Position numbers and translations under genes: made by a program
In this document: positions 11,731-23,137 of the stretch, in pieces
Layout of the letters: the number at the start of each line of letters is the position of its first letter
How positions within the stretch are numbered: position 1 is the first letter of the stretch
Notes under the pieces: generated by a model
The model's database searches: none
The model's input: only the letters and a program-made list of their open reading frames with translations
What the model was told of the DNA's origin: nothing
Sequence record: LT986467.1
Direction: 5' to 3' (one strand)
DNA length: 32,000 nt

Positions 11731-12891
11731 TTAATTATTATTTCATTTTTCATTAAATTTTAATCAAGCTTTATATAAAGCTGTATTATGAGGTGCTTTA
11801 AAAGCTAATAAATCATATAAATAATAAAATTTATCAATTAAAAATAAACGTTTACCTTTATTAGATTTAGAAGGACAACTTTTATTATAAAGATAAAAAA
11901 TATTATGTAATTCTTTATTATTAATAGATCATTTAAAATAACCATTTTGAGCTTTATCAAAATAAATATTACCACCAAATACTTCTCTATAGTATTCAAC
12001 ATCATGTAAATATTTATTTGTAACGCTAATAGTTAATTGAGGTCTAATTTTTAATTTACCGGAATAATAATAATTAATAGTACCATCAGCATCAAAGAAC
12101 CCTATAAATCAAGCATTATCTTTAGTTAATTTAATAGGTTCTTTAAAATCGATATTTAATAAAATACATACTTTATTAAATTGTACTAATCTTTTACTAT
12201 TACGAATATTACCATTAACGGCATTAATTAATTTAATTATACCTTCTTTATTTTGTAATCTATATCTAATAGCCTTAACACCTGATCTTAATTTTACAGA
12301 ACCACCCAATTTATCTTGGATTTGTCTTAACATTTTTTCATCTTTTAATTCTACAAGAATTTCACAAGATGCATATTTATTTTTAGTAATACAAAAATAA
12401 CCATCTCCGTCAATTAAACCGGCCAATCATTGGTTAAATCTAATATTACTATCTTTATAAATACTATAATGTCTTTTAAGAATAATTTGATTTATTTTTT
12501 TTATATTAAAAATATTTAATAAATAATTAAATTTATTTTTAAGTGTGCGTGTAGTCTCTGAAGTATCTACTAACAAATTCTTTTTATTACTCGTTAAGTG
12601 AGTATTAGAAGAATTTATATTGGTTACCTGCTGATTATCTTCTTTATAATAATATTTTACTCTATCGGGATTTAATAAATCACTTACAATATTTATTTTA
12701 TTATATTGCTTTGTTCAATTAAATTTTAATACGAAATTATTTAATTGTTTTGTATTTAAAATATTTTGAATAATAAAATAATATAGAGTTTTATTATAAA
12801 TTTTTCATTGATATTTAATAAATAAAGATTTCCAGCATACAGCACATAAAATATTAATTACATATGTAATTAATAATAAGGCCATATTTTG
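11731..12891 (-). CDS. BI4: bI4 intron-encoded LAGLIDADG maturase, in frame with COB exon 4
   Basis: The reading frame continues from exon 4 (..NTLG QNMALLLITYVINILCAVCWKSLFIKYQW..). It contains WLAGLIDGDGYF and WFIGFFDADGT motifs and ends ..KAWLKFNEKWNNN* (TAA at 11731-11733). Length is 1161 nt. Confidence 0.93.
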
Positions 12892-13141
12892 ACCTAAAGT
12901 ATTAGGTGAATAGAATACAAATAATGCTAAAATTAACATAAATAAGAAAACAGTTACTAAATCTTTAAAAATAAAGTATGAATGCATTGGAATTCTATCT
13001 AAATTACCTGTAATACCTAATGGATTAGATGAACCATGAATATGTAATGCCATTAAATGCATAATAACCATTGCTGCAATAATAAAAGGTACTAAGTAAT
13101 GTAACGCAAAGAATCTTTGGATTAGAGGGTTAGATACTGAG
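12892..13141 (-). CDS. COB: Cytochrome b, exon 4 (250 nt)
   Basis: C TCA GTA TCT AAC CCT CTA ATC CAA AGA TTC TTT GCG = (F)SVSNPTIQRFFA (CTA=Thr), running to ...FVFYSPNTLG. Confidence 0.95.
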
Positions 13142-13537
13142 CTTTTAATGTTTAAATAGTTACATATTTGAAAACTATTATCAATATATCACTATATTGT
13201 TCGGACTATATCTTAATCCTATTTATGTATATATATAATTATATATAAATATATATAAATGATTATATATTAATCATAATATTTGTTTATAAAAAAAAAA
13301 GATTAATATTACTTCTAAAGTTTTTATTTCTTATTTATTAATCATAAATTATAATTAATAAAATTATACTTTTTAATTTATAGTTTCGATATTCTAAAAT
13401 AGAAATAAAATACCATAAAAGGATAAGATTTTTATTATTAATAAAAATTAATAATGAAGGAGAAAATAAATATAATAAAATAATAAATAGTTCAAAGGAA
13501 TTATTTATTGATAATAATATATTTAATATATAATTAA

Positions 13538-13625
13538 ACTCCTTCGGGGTTCGGTCCCCCTCCCGTATACTTACGGGAGGGGTCCCTCACTCCTTTGGGG
13601 TCCGCCCCCGCGGGCGGGCCGGACT
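13538..13625. repeat. Two abutting GC clusters inside bI3, about 90 nt 3' of the maturase stop
   Basis: actccttcggggttcggtccccctcccgtatacttacgggaggggtccctcactcctttggggtccgcccccgcgggcgggccggact. Confidence 0.9.
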
Positions 13626-13716
13626 ATATTTATAATAAATAATTGTATATAAATTATATTTTGTTTATATATTTATATAATATATAAATATATTATTATT
13701 ATATTTTTATATAAGA

Positions 13717-14764
13717 TTAATATTTATTAGGGATTTTAAAATAATTATTATATTTAAGAATAAGACGTAAATCTTTTAAGAATAATAAATATTGTAATTT
13801 TTTATAACCTAATAATTTAATAGGGTTATTATTAATAAATATTACAACATTTTTAATACCATTAATACTTTTAAGTGTTATTCTTGAATTATTAAATTTA
13901 TCTGTATAAATATTTTGAGTAATTTTTAAATATGATTTAATAGCTAATATAACTTCTATACTATTATTTTGAGATACTTCAAAACTAGCAAGTTTTATTT
14001 TTTTATTTATAGGTTTATAAATACTAAAACAACTTTCAGCTTCAAAAAAACCAATTAATCATGAAGAAAAATAATTTTTATTTAAAATATCTTCAATAGT
14101 ATTAAATGGTTTAATAGGACGTAAATAATAAGATAAATCATTATAATATTTAATATTTTTTAATAAATTATCTTTAAAATATAAATAATCATAATATTTA
14201 TTAGTTAATATAGGATATTTATCAAAAATAGGAATAATAATATTCTTTAAATGATTTTTATTTCTTACATTAAATTTACATATTTCTTTAATAGTACCAT
14301 CTTTTATTTTTAATTTTTTAATTGATACTTTACCAATACCTAAAATATTTTTAATTTTATATAATAATTGAATATCTCTAATATGTATTTCAATACCTAA
14401 TTCATATAATAAATATTTACCTTTTTTTGAAATAGTAATTCAACCATCTCCTTCAAATAAACCAACAATATATGCATAAATAGGATTATCTGTGTTTAAT
14501 TTATGATTTTTATCATAAATAATAGTATTATTTATATAATAACTATAAAGTCTCTGAATAATTAATTTTATATATATATATATATTAATTACTGCTAATT
14601 TTCTTCTTATAATAAATATTTTAACTATATTATTTTTATTTCAAATTATATTATTATAAATAATTAATTGAATAATATAGTAATTTATTATTCAAATGAA
14701 GATATTTCAGCATAAAACAGATTTATTTAATATTATATTACTATAATATGGATCCTCTATATTA
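13717..14764 (-). CDS. BI3: bI3 intron-encoded LAGLIDADG maturase, in frame with COB exon 3
   Basis: The frame continues TT|T AAT ATA GAG GAT CCA... and includes ...NPIYAYIVGLFEGDGWITISKKGKYLLYELGIEMHIRDIQLLYKIKNILGIGKV... and WLIGFFEAESCF. TAA lies at 13717-13719. Confidence 0.9.
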
Positions 14765-14841
14765 AACCCACCTCATAATCAAGATACAATATCGTTACCT
14801 ACAAATGGAATTGCTGAGAATAAATTAGTAATAACTAGTGC
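14765..14841 (-). CDS. COB: Cytochrome b, exon 3 (77 nt)
   Basis: GCA CTA GTT ATT ACT AAT TTA TTC TCA GCA ATT CCA TTT GTA GGT AAC GAT ATT GTA TCT TGA TTA TGA GGT GGG TT = [25 protein letters not shown](F), with CTA=Thr. Confidence 0.93.
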
Positions 14842-15028
14842 CAAGAAAATAATATTATTTATAAATTATTATTATTTTTTAATAATAATAATCTCAATAT
14901 TTATTGATTTATTAATATAAATAATACCCTGTATTTAATAATATCTACCCTTTTTATAATTCCATTTAATCACTATTTTCTCTTATGAATAAATATTTAT
15001 ACCTAATAATACCATAATATAAATATTA

Positions 15029-15067
15029 TATATAAATGTTATATATAAATGTTATATATAAATGTTA
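15029..15067. repeat. 13-mer x3 tandem repeat (tatataaatgtta) in the bI2 3' part
   Basis: Three perfect head-to-tail copies. Confidence 0.9.
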
Positions 15068-15403
15068 TGATGGGGTTATTATTATAAAAATATTAATCAT
15101 AATAATTATAATTCATTATTTATATATTAATTAGGTAAATGGAATAATAACAGTAGTTATATATATAATATATATATATAGATTATTAAACCTTGTGTTA
15201 TAATAATAATATTATAAATTTTCTTCGAATAAACATTAAATATTATTATTTTTTTTTATAATAATACCTATTATTGGTGTATTCTGTTGGGATCATATAA
15301 TTATATAACCCACTGTCTTGTTACTTAATAATATAATTTTGACATGTTTTCAATAATATCGCATTATAATAATATAATAATTAATATAATACTATATATT
15401 TTA

Positions 15404-16246
15404 TTATAAATAATTACCTAATTTATATTTTATACTAGGAATAATATAAGGAGATACAATTTTAGTTAAAATAGGTATAGATTCTTTTCATACATAAATA
15501 ACAAATTGTGTATTTTCTTTATTGCCTTTATGAATAGTAGATTTAATATTATATTTATTATGTAATAAATAAAGTAAATATTGAACATCTTTATAACTAA
15601 AACAATTAGTTGCGAATTTTAAACCTTTACCTAATTTACATCCATCATCTATAATTCAAATAGCTAAAGCTAAAGGAGTTAAATAATTGTCTAAAGATTT
15701 AGGAATAACTTTAATATTACCTTTTCCAGATGTATTTTTAATATACCATTCTGAATAAATCATATTAAATGAATCATAAGTTCATGTATTAAATTTTAAA
15801 TATTGTCTAATTTTACCTTTTTTACCTAATCTAGTTTTAATTAAAGGTAAATTAGTATTACAATAACCTAAATTAGCTAATAAACTATGTAAATAATATA
15901 AATAATTAATATTACAATATTCTTGTTGAAATACAATTCTTGTTCCTTTACCACCTTTTCTTTTTTCAGCATGACCATCTCCTAATATTGAACCATAAAT
16001 AATTGATAAAATGTCTATATTTAATGGACCAATATTATTATTTATATCTTTCTTATTTGTTATATTTAAATTAATTATATATTTATTTTTATTAATATAA
16101 TCTATACTCTTAATTAATATAAGATATTCTTTAGTTTTTATTATTTGTCTTATCATAATCGTATAAAAAATATAAATTAATAATATTAACATTATTATAT
16201 AAATTAGTTTTATTATATTAAATATATTTGAGGCGATATTTATATT
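15404..16246 (-). CDS. BI2: bI2 intron-encoded LAGLIDADG maturase, in frame with COB exon 2
   Basis: 18 open codons link exon 2 to the track ORF MLILLIYIF...YGSILGDGHAEKR...KFNT. It then reads through TGA to WTYDSFNMIYSEWY...LALAIWIMDDGCKLGKG...KYKLGNYL* (TAA at 15404-15406). Confidence 0.9.
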
Positions 16247-16260
16247 ACCTCAATGTGACA
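16247..16260 (-). CDS. COB: Cytochrome b, exon 2 (14-nt mini-exon)
   Basis: TG TCA CAT TGA GGT completes (M)SHWG between the group II and group I introns. Confidence 0.9.
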
Positions 16261-17038
16261 ATTGTGATAGGTAGATCTTTACAAATTTTCCCCCACTCAG
16301 AACTGTACGTACTACTTTCATAGTATACAGCTCAAACAATTTATATACTATATAAATCATCCTATATTGAAGTTAGCATGCTTTCACATTAATCATTTAT
16401 TCGTTATTATTATTAATTAATTAATTAATTAATTAATAATAATATTAACCATTATTAATATATTTTTATTAAAATATATAAATAATTTGATCTATATTAT
16501 ACATTACATATAATCTTTAGCTTTTTCAATAGTCTTTTACCCACTTATCTTTATTATAATTTCTATTATTATTTATTTAATAATATTATATATAACTACC
16601 ATATAATATTTATATTAATATTTATATTAATATTATATGGAAATAATTGGGCTTACCAAGTTTATATTATTATACTTTCAATAATTCACTTAGGATTCTA
16701 ATTTTATACCGATGAGTATTAACGTATATATATGTATTCTAGACAGAATTGAATATCTTACTTCTCATATAATTATTTTTATTTATTATTATTTATTAAT
16801 TAATAATAGAAAAATATTGTTTATGTTACGATATTTTATAATATTAGATTGACTTACGCTATCCATATGAATCTTACCTTAATAATTAATAATAATTATT
16901 ATTATTAGAGTTTCATACAAAATTATTACTAATAATGCATGTCTAATTAGGTATATGTTATATATAAACATAATCATTTCATTAAAATAATTTATTTAAT
17001 GGTATGATATTATAATAATATACTTATACTTGTCTCAC
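16261..17038 (-). other. COB intron 1 (bI1 position), group II, no ORF
   Basis: The 5' end is GTGAGACAAG. The 34-nt domain V GAGCTGTATACTATGAAAGTAGTACGTACAGTTC is the rc of 16300-16333. The 3' end is ...GATCTACCTATCACAAT. Confidence 0.9.
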
Positions 17039-17453
17039 TCTGTCCATAAACACAACAATAACCTAAAAAAGCTGTAGCAATAGTTAAAATGAAAATAATT
17101 ACACCTACATTTCATAATAGTACTCTTGGTGATCTATATGAACCATAATATAAACCTTTAGCCATATGCATAAACATTACCATAAAAAAGAATGATGCAC
17201 CATTTGCATGTAAATATCTTAAAATATAACCTGAATGAACATCTCTTATAATATGTTCAACAGATGAAAAAGCTAATTCAATATTAGATGAATAATGCAT
17301 AGCTATAAAAATACCAGTTAAAATTTGAATAACTAAACATAATCCTAATAATGAACCCATATTTCATCAATAATTAATTGATGATGGTTGTGGTGAATCA
17401 ATAACATAACTATTCACTAAACTTAAATATACATTTGATTTTCTAAATGCCAT
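17039..17453 (-). CDS. COB: Cytochrome b, exon 1 (415 nt)
   Basis: ATG GCA TTT AGA AAA TCA AAT GTA TAT = [37 protein letters not shown]..., running to ...[10 protein letters not shown] plus the first nt of the Met codon. Confidence 0.96.
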
Positions 17454-18138
17454 ACTCTTATTTTTTTACTTTTTATAATATTAATAAATTTTATATATTT
17501 ATTTACTTAATATTATATATATATTAATTAACAATATATAAAATATATATTATTAATTAATACTTATTATATATATATATATTTATAATTATATATATAA
17601 TTATATTATAATATAATATAATATAATATAAAATAAATTATTAAAATGTCTTATTTATATATATATATATCTATACTTTTTTATATATAAATTTATTAAT
17701 GACATTTATCATTCTTTCATTATATAATCTATAAATAATTTTATAAATTATAATTATTATCTTATTAAATATTTATTTATATTATCATAATTATTAATTA
17801 ATTAATTAATAATATTTTTAATATTTATTTTTATATTTTTATAATAATAATTAATAATATTGATCATTATATTAATCATATTATTATTATTTTTTATAAT
17901 ATAATTTATATTAATATAAATTATGAAAGAAAGATTTTTATATTTATAACTCTTTATAAATTTTATTTAAAAAAAAGGTATTATAATATTAATTATTCTT
18001 ATATAATTTATTAAAATTGTTATTATTATTATATTAATAAAAAAAATATATTAGTAATATGTTATTTATATTATTATTAATTTATATCCTATAAATATAC
18101 AATAATTATAGAATGAATAAATAAATAAATAAATAAAT

Positions 18139-18226
18139 AACGAGGGGTTCGGTCACCCCTCCCTAACGGGGAGGGGGTCCCTCACTCCTACCGGGGTTCC
18201 GGTTCCCGTAACCGGGCCCCGGAACT
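18139..18226. repeat. Double GC cluster (copy 1)
   Basis: aacgaggggttcggtcacccctccctaacggggagggggtccctcactcctaccggggttccggttcccgtaaccgggccccggaact. Confidence 0.9.
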
Positions 18227-18464
18227 AAATAAATAAATAAATGAATGAATTAATTAATTAATAACAATTATTATTATTATTATTTATTAAATATTTTATA
18301 TTATTAAAAATATAAAGTTAATAATATAATATTTATATTTTAATATTTTTTAAGATAATTAAATAATATTAATCATTATATTAATATTAATGATATTATT
18401 ATTATTTTATAATAATTAATATAAATTATGAAAGAAAGATTTTTATATTATCTATGATACTAAT

Positions 18465-18515
18465 ACCAATATTATGTATATAAACATAAACAATTGAATT
18501 GGTATTGGTGGAATT
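18465..18515 (+). repeat. Degenerate copy J of the dispersed GAACAA-core element
   Basis: accaatattatgtatataaacataaacaattgaattggtattggtggaattt resembles copy A (atcaatattatttggtatatatgaacaattggattggattgtg). Confidence 0.45.
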
Positions 18516-18976
18516 TATATAATATTAATAATTTTTATACAATTTATTAAAATTGTTATTATTATTATTATATTAACAATAATTAATATATTGTTAATAT
18601 ATTATTTATATCATTATTAATCTATATTCTATAAAATTATAATTATTATAATTTATAATTATATAATTATAAAAAAGATAATATAAATTATTATATATTT
18701 ATATATTATATAAAAATATATAATAATTAATAGAATTAATTAATAACAATTATTATTATTATTATTATACATAAATATTATTTATATAATTTATTATAAT
18801 ATTTATTAATATTAAATATTATAATGATAAATATATTATATATTTTATTATAGTATAATAACAATCGGTATTTATTATTATAAATATATTATTAAAAAAA
18901 AAATAAATAAATAAATATATACATTAAAATGTATTTTATATAATGTATATTATTTATAATTATTAATTAAATAAAT

Positions 18977-19063
18977 AACGAGGGGTTCGGTCACCCCTCC
19001 CTCACGGGAGGGGGTCCCTCACTCCTATCGGGGTTCCGGTTCCCGTAACCGGGCCCCGGAACT
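18977..19063. repeat. Double GC cluster (copy 2, near-identical to 18139-18226)
   Basis: aacgaggggttcggtcacccctccctcacgggagggggtccctcactcctatcggggttccggttcccgtaaccgggccccggaact. Confidence 0.9.
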
Positions 19064-19088
19064 AAATAAATATATATAATTTATATAT

Positions 19089-19122
19089 ACTCCTTCGGGG
19101 TCCCCCGCCGGGGCGGGGGACT
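19089..19122. repeat. Palindromic GC cluster, paralogue of 6623-6658
   Basis: actccttcggggtcccccgccggggcgggggact, about 25 nt 3' of tRNA-Glu. Confidence 0.9.
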
Positions 19123-19147
19123 TTTTATAAATATTTATTATTATGAA

Positions 19148-19219
19148 TAACCTTAATCGGAATCGAACCGATATTATCAACATGAAGAGGTGATGTCGTA
19201 ACCATTAGACGATAAGGTC
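19148..19219 (-). tRNA. tE(UUC): tRNA-Glu (anticodon UUC)
   Basis: rc = GACCTTATCGTCTAATGGTTACGACATCACCTCTTCATGTTGATAATATCGGTTCGATTCCGATTAAGGTTA. Acceptor is GACCTTA/TAAGGTT, T arm ATCGG-TTCGATT-CCGAT, and the anticodon loop under my fold is TCTTCAT. Its position between ATP6 and COB fits tRNA-Glu. Confidence 0.8.
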
Positions 19220-19575
19220 TATATTTATTAATAATATATATATATATAATTATTATTATTAAAATTATTAAATTATTAAATTATTATTATTATTATTTTT
19301 ATTATAATTATTATTTATTAACCTTATTAATAAATTATAATAAAATTTATATTAAAGTAATAACTATTTAAATACTTTTTTATATATATATATATATACA
19401 TATATATATTAATTTTATTAATTAATTAATTAATTAATTAATATATTTAAAATTTATATTTATAATCATTATAATTTATATATTTATATTATTATTATTA
19501 ATATATAAATTGAATTATAATTATTTTTATCTTATTATTTTTTATTAATAAAATATAATATTATTTTTTATATAT

Positions 19576-19584
19576 TACTTATAT
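19576..19584 (-). promoter_or_regulatory. Consensus nonanucleotide promoter ATATAAGTA upstream of tRNA-Glu/COB
   Basis: The plus strand reads tacttatat about 360 nt upstream of the tRNA-Glu 5' end. Confidence 0.65.
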
Positions 19585-19644
19585 AATATTTCTTAATAAT
19601 ATTAAGACCATATATATAAATAAGTTATTATATATAATTATATA

Positions 19645-19653
19645 TACTTATAA
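19645..19653 (-). promoter_or_regulatory. Second candidate nonamer (TTATAAGTA)
   Basis: The plus strand reads tacttataa, 70 nt upstream of the previous candidate. Confidence 0.35.
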
Positions 19654-19693
19654 TAAATTTTTATATACCTTTTTTATCTTTTTAGAATTATTT

Positions 19694-19729
19694 AGTCCTT
19701 ACCCTCAACCAGGTCCCCCCATAAGGAGT
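19694..19729. repeat. GC cluster
   Basis: agtccttaccctcaaccaggtccccccataaggagt. Confidence 0.8.
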
Positions 19730-19914
19730 GAATATCTATATAGAATAACCAAAGGGAATTACAATTAATTATAATCCTGATAAGAGTATTATTATTCTTA
19801 ATTTATTTTTATTAATATAAAAAAAAAAGAAGATATATATTCTATCGATAATTCCTTTAATCCGACTTCTGAAACTTATATATTATATTAAATTATATAT
19901 TAATATATATGAAT

Positions 19915-19992
19915 AACGAGGGGTTTGGTCACCCCTCCCTCACGGGAGGAATTAGGGGGTCCCTCACTCCTTCAGAATCCACCCCTCCTATA
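19915..19992. repeat. GC cluster of the AACGAGGGGTT.GGTCACCCCTCCCTCACGGGAGG...GGGGGTCCCTCACTCC type
   Basis: aacgaggggtttggtcacccctccctcacgggaggaattagggggtccctcactccttcagaatccacccctcctatag. Confidence 0.85.
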
Positions 19993-20081
19993 GATTATTT
20001 TTTTTATTATTATGAATTATATTTTTAATATTATATTAATAAATTATCTTTTATTATATATTATATATTATTTTTTTATTA

Positions 20082-20116
<35 letters not shown>

Positions 20117-20200
20117 AATTTTTATTTATTATATTTATATATTTATATTTAAATTTATATTTATATAATAGGTTAGATATTTCTATTATTATTTATTTAT

Positions 20201-20248
20201 AATAATAATTATTTATAATAATAATTATTTATAATAATAATTATTTAT
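20201..20248. repeat. 16-mer x3 tandem repeat (aataataattatttat)
   Basis: Three perfect units. Confidence 0.9.
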
Positions 20249-20658
20249 ATATCTTAGATATCTATTATTATAAATTATTATAATATTAATTAAATTTATG
20301 ATATATTTAATATGTTTTAATACATTTTTATATTATTTATATATTTTTTTTATATTATTTATATGATTTATTTATTTTTATTAATATTAATAAATAAAAA
20401 TCTATATATATTATAATTAAATAAATATTAATAAAAAGTAAATTTAATATATTAATTATTAAAAGTATAAATTATATATTAATTTATAATATATATATAT
20501 ATATTACAAATAAAAAGTATTATAATAAATTAGATATCAATATAAATATTAAAATATTAAACTCTTCATTAATCATAATATTATTATTTTTATATTTATT
20601 ATTATAGATATTTTTATTTATTCTATATAAAAATTCAATTAATTAATTAATTAATTAG

Positions 20659-20711
20659 AACGAGGAATTCAATCCCCCCTCCCCATGGTGGATGGGAGGG
20701 GGTCCCTCACT
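20659..20711. repeat. GC cluster, diverged member of the AACGAGG...GGGGGTCCCTCAC type
   Basis: gaacgaggaattcaatcccccctccccatggtggatgggagggggtccctcac. Confidence 0.8.
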
Positions 20712-21527
20712 TTATTAATAATTATATATATAATAGGATTAAACATTGTCAATGAATAATGAATAATATTTGATCTATATTATATTATATTATATTATAT
20801 AATATAATTAATTGAAGATAATATTATTATTATCCATCTATTAAAATAAATAAATAAATAAATAAATTAATTATATATTATAAACTTTATTAAATATATA
20901 ATAATTATTTTTTAATTTAAGATTATAATTAATCTCTATTTTTTTTTATTATACTATTAATTATAATATAGTATTTATATATAATTATTATTATAAATAT
21001 TCATTAATAATGTAATTATATTAATATATTCAAAATTATAATATAATATATTATTATTATTATTATTATATAAAATATTATTATTTATATTTATATATAT
21101 ATAATTTTTATTATTTTTATTATAAATAAATTATAATTATTAATGATATATAAATATCTATTTATTTATTATTATAAATATTAATTTTATATTATTTATT
21201 AAAATACTTTATATATTTTTTTATATATATATATTTATTTTTTTATATATATATAATATTTATACATTTTATATATTATTATTATTAATAAATATTAATA
21301 TTTCTTTAAATTATATTATATTATATTATATTATAATATATATATATAATTTATTATTATATTATAATATATAAATTAATTAAAATAATAAGTTATTATA
21401 TTAATTATAAAAAGGTATAAATTATATAAAAATTATTCTTAAATTAATAAATATTTTATAATTAAATTTGAATTATAATTTATATTTATAAAGAGGTAAG
21501 TATATTTATTAATAATTATATACAATA

Positions 21528-21566
21528 GGGTAAATATTGACCGTGAACAACGGGTAATGTTTATCC
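21528..21566 (+). repeat. Hairpin element with GTGAACAAC loop (copy F)
   Basis: gggtaaatattgacc GTGAACAAC gggtaatgtttatcc; the arms are largely complementary. Confidence 0.7.
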
Positions 21567-22110
21567 GTATTACATTATATATAATTATACACCTAACAAA
21601 TATTATTTATATTAATATATTAAAATATTATTAATCTATATATAAAAGTATATTTTATATCCTATCCTTATTAATTATTATATGATTAATAATATAATAT
21701 AATATAACACAATTGATAATGTTGACGTCATAATTATAAATGTAAATGTAATTGTAAGGATTATATAATTAATATATATTAAAATAATTCATATTATTTA
21801 TAATATTATTTATAAAGAAATTATAATCATTATTAATTAATTAATTAATTAATTAATAAATATTTATTATTTTTATTTATTTATTATTTATTAATAATAT
21901 ATTATACTAATAATTATTTATATATATATTTTATTCTTTAAATATTTATAATATAATCAATACGATTATATACTAAATTGACATGGGGTTAATATTTATA
22001 TTAATATATATATTTTTATTTATATTTATATTATATTTATATATATATTTTTTATTTATATATATATATACTTTTTTATTATAATTATATATATTTTTTA
22101 TTTATATTTA

Positions 22111-22187
22111 TATATATATATTAATTATTTATATTTATATATATATTAATTATTTATATTTATATATATATTAATTATTTATATTTT
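22111..22187. repeat. 25-bp x3 tandem repeat abutting ori cluster A
   Basis: ttaattattt recurs at 22121, 22146 and 22171 with identical context. Confidence 0.8.
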
Positions 22188-22287
22188 TATATGAGGGGGG
22201 TCCCAATTCAATTATTATTTTTAATAATAATTTATTTAAGGGACCCGGATATCTACTTGTTCTTATTTAATTATTTTATATATTTAG

Positions 22288-22327
22288 TTTCGGGGCCCGG
22301 TTACGGGAACCGAAACCCCGATAGGAG
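22288..22327. repeat. GC cluster (reverse orientation of the CTCCTATCGGGGTTCCGGTTCCCGTAACCGGGCCCCGGAACT type)
   Basis: agtttcggggcccggttacgggaaccgaaaccccgataggag. Confidence 0.85.
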
Positions 22328-22384
22328 TTTTATTTAAAATTTATATTTATATTATTCAATTTTTATCATTTTATTTATATATAC

Positions 22385-22417
22385 ACTCCTTCGGGGTCCC
22401 CATCGGGGTGGGGACTT
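22385..22417. repeat. GC cluster at the same ori-internal site as 9018-9044
   Basis: actccttcggggtccccatcggggtggggact followed by tttatttatattat, as in the 8.9-kb ori. Confidence 0.85.
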
Positions 22418-22653
22418 TTATTTATATTATTAATTATATTATATTATTATAATATATTTAATTGATTATATTATTAAATATTATATTATATATGTTTAAT
22501 ATTTATTAAAGATTATTATAATATATTTCCTTCTTTATAAATTATAATTTATTATTTATATAATTATAAAATTATCTTATTTAAAAATATATTAAATATA
22601 TATATCTTTTTATATATAATTATATATATTACTTTATATAAAATTTATAATAA

Positions 22654-22700
22654 ACCCTTCTCGGGGTTCCGATTCCCGTAAACGAACCCCAATTGGAACT
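22654..22700. repeat. GC cluster
   Basis: cccttctcggggttccgattcccgtaaacgaaccccaattggaact. Confidence 0.85.
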
Positions 22701-22794
22701 TAATTAATAAAATATTAAATATAATATTATTTATTTAAACTATTAATATTTTATTTTTATATATATTTATAAAATAATTATTATACCTCATGAT

Positions 22795-22836
22795 ATTAAT
22801 ATTAATATTAATATTAATATTAACATTAACATTAAC
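22795..22836. repeat. Hexanucleotide repeat (ATTAAT)4(ATTAAC)3
   Basis: Read directly from the sequence. Confidence 0.9.
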
Positions 22837-23137
22837 ATTATATAGTAGATAATACAATAAAAATTGAATTAATAAGGCTTTAATAATAAGAGATAAAAAA
22901 AAAATAAAAAAAAATATAAATGAGATATTATTAAATAATAATAATAATAATATTCATATTTTTATAAAATAAATATATTAATAAATAATAAATCTTTAAT
23001 TATAATTTTATAAAAAGAAATTAAAATTGTATAAAGTAATATTAATTACAATAATTATAATATTAATAAAATGATATTTATAAAATGTTAATTTAAGAAG
23101 AAGTAATATTTACTTTTATTAATAATTATATACAATA

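Larger units (their letters stand above)
11392..12891 (-). other. COB intron 4 (bI4 position), group I with maturase ORF
   Basis: The upstream exon ends ...GGT and the intron ends ...TTATAAAAG before CATCCT. S-like GAAGATATAGTCC is the rc of 11413-11425. Confidence 0.9.
13142..14764 (-). other. COB intron 3 (bI3 position), group I with maturase ORF
   Basis: It lies between GGT GGG TT| and |C TCA GTA. The canonical group I S element AAGATATAGTCCGAAC is the rc of 13199-13214, and the intron ends ...TTAAAAG. Confidence 0.9.
14842..16246 (-). other. COB intron 2 (bI2 position), group I with maturase ORF
   Basis: It lies between the 14-nt exon 2 and exon 3, and ends ...TTTTCTTG before GCACTAG. 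Confidence 0.88.
22193..22417 (-). promoter_or_regulatory. ori-like element with clusters A and B but no recognisable cluster C or promoter
   Basis: Cluster A is gaggggggtccc (22193-22204), followed by an AT palindrome and cluster B gggacccgga (22240-22249), then two inserted GC clusters. No ATCACCCACCCCCTCCCCC occurs in the next 450 nt. Confidence 0.7.

Noticed and set aside
17021-17030. AGTATAAGTA nonamer-like motif on the minus strand
   Set aside because: It lies at the 5' end of group II intron bI1, inside COB, and has G rather than A/T at the first position. It is most likely a chance match in intron domain I.
22630-22638. TATAAAGTA considered as the missing promoter of the 22.2-kb ori
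   Set aside because: It has one mismatch in the invariant core, no adjacent cluster C, and flanks not alignable to the other two ori.
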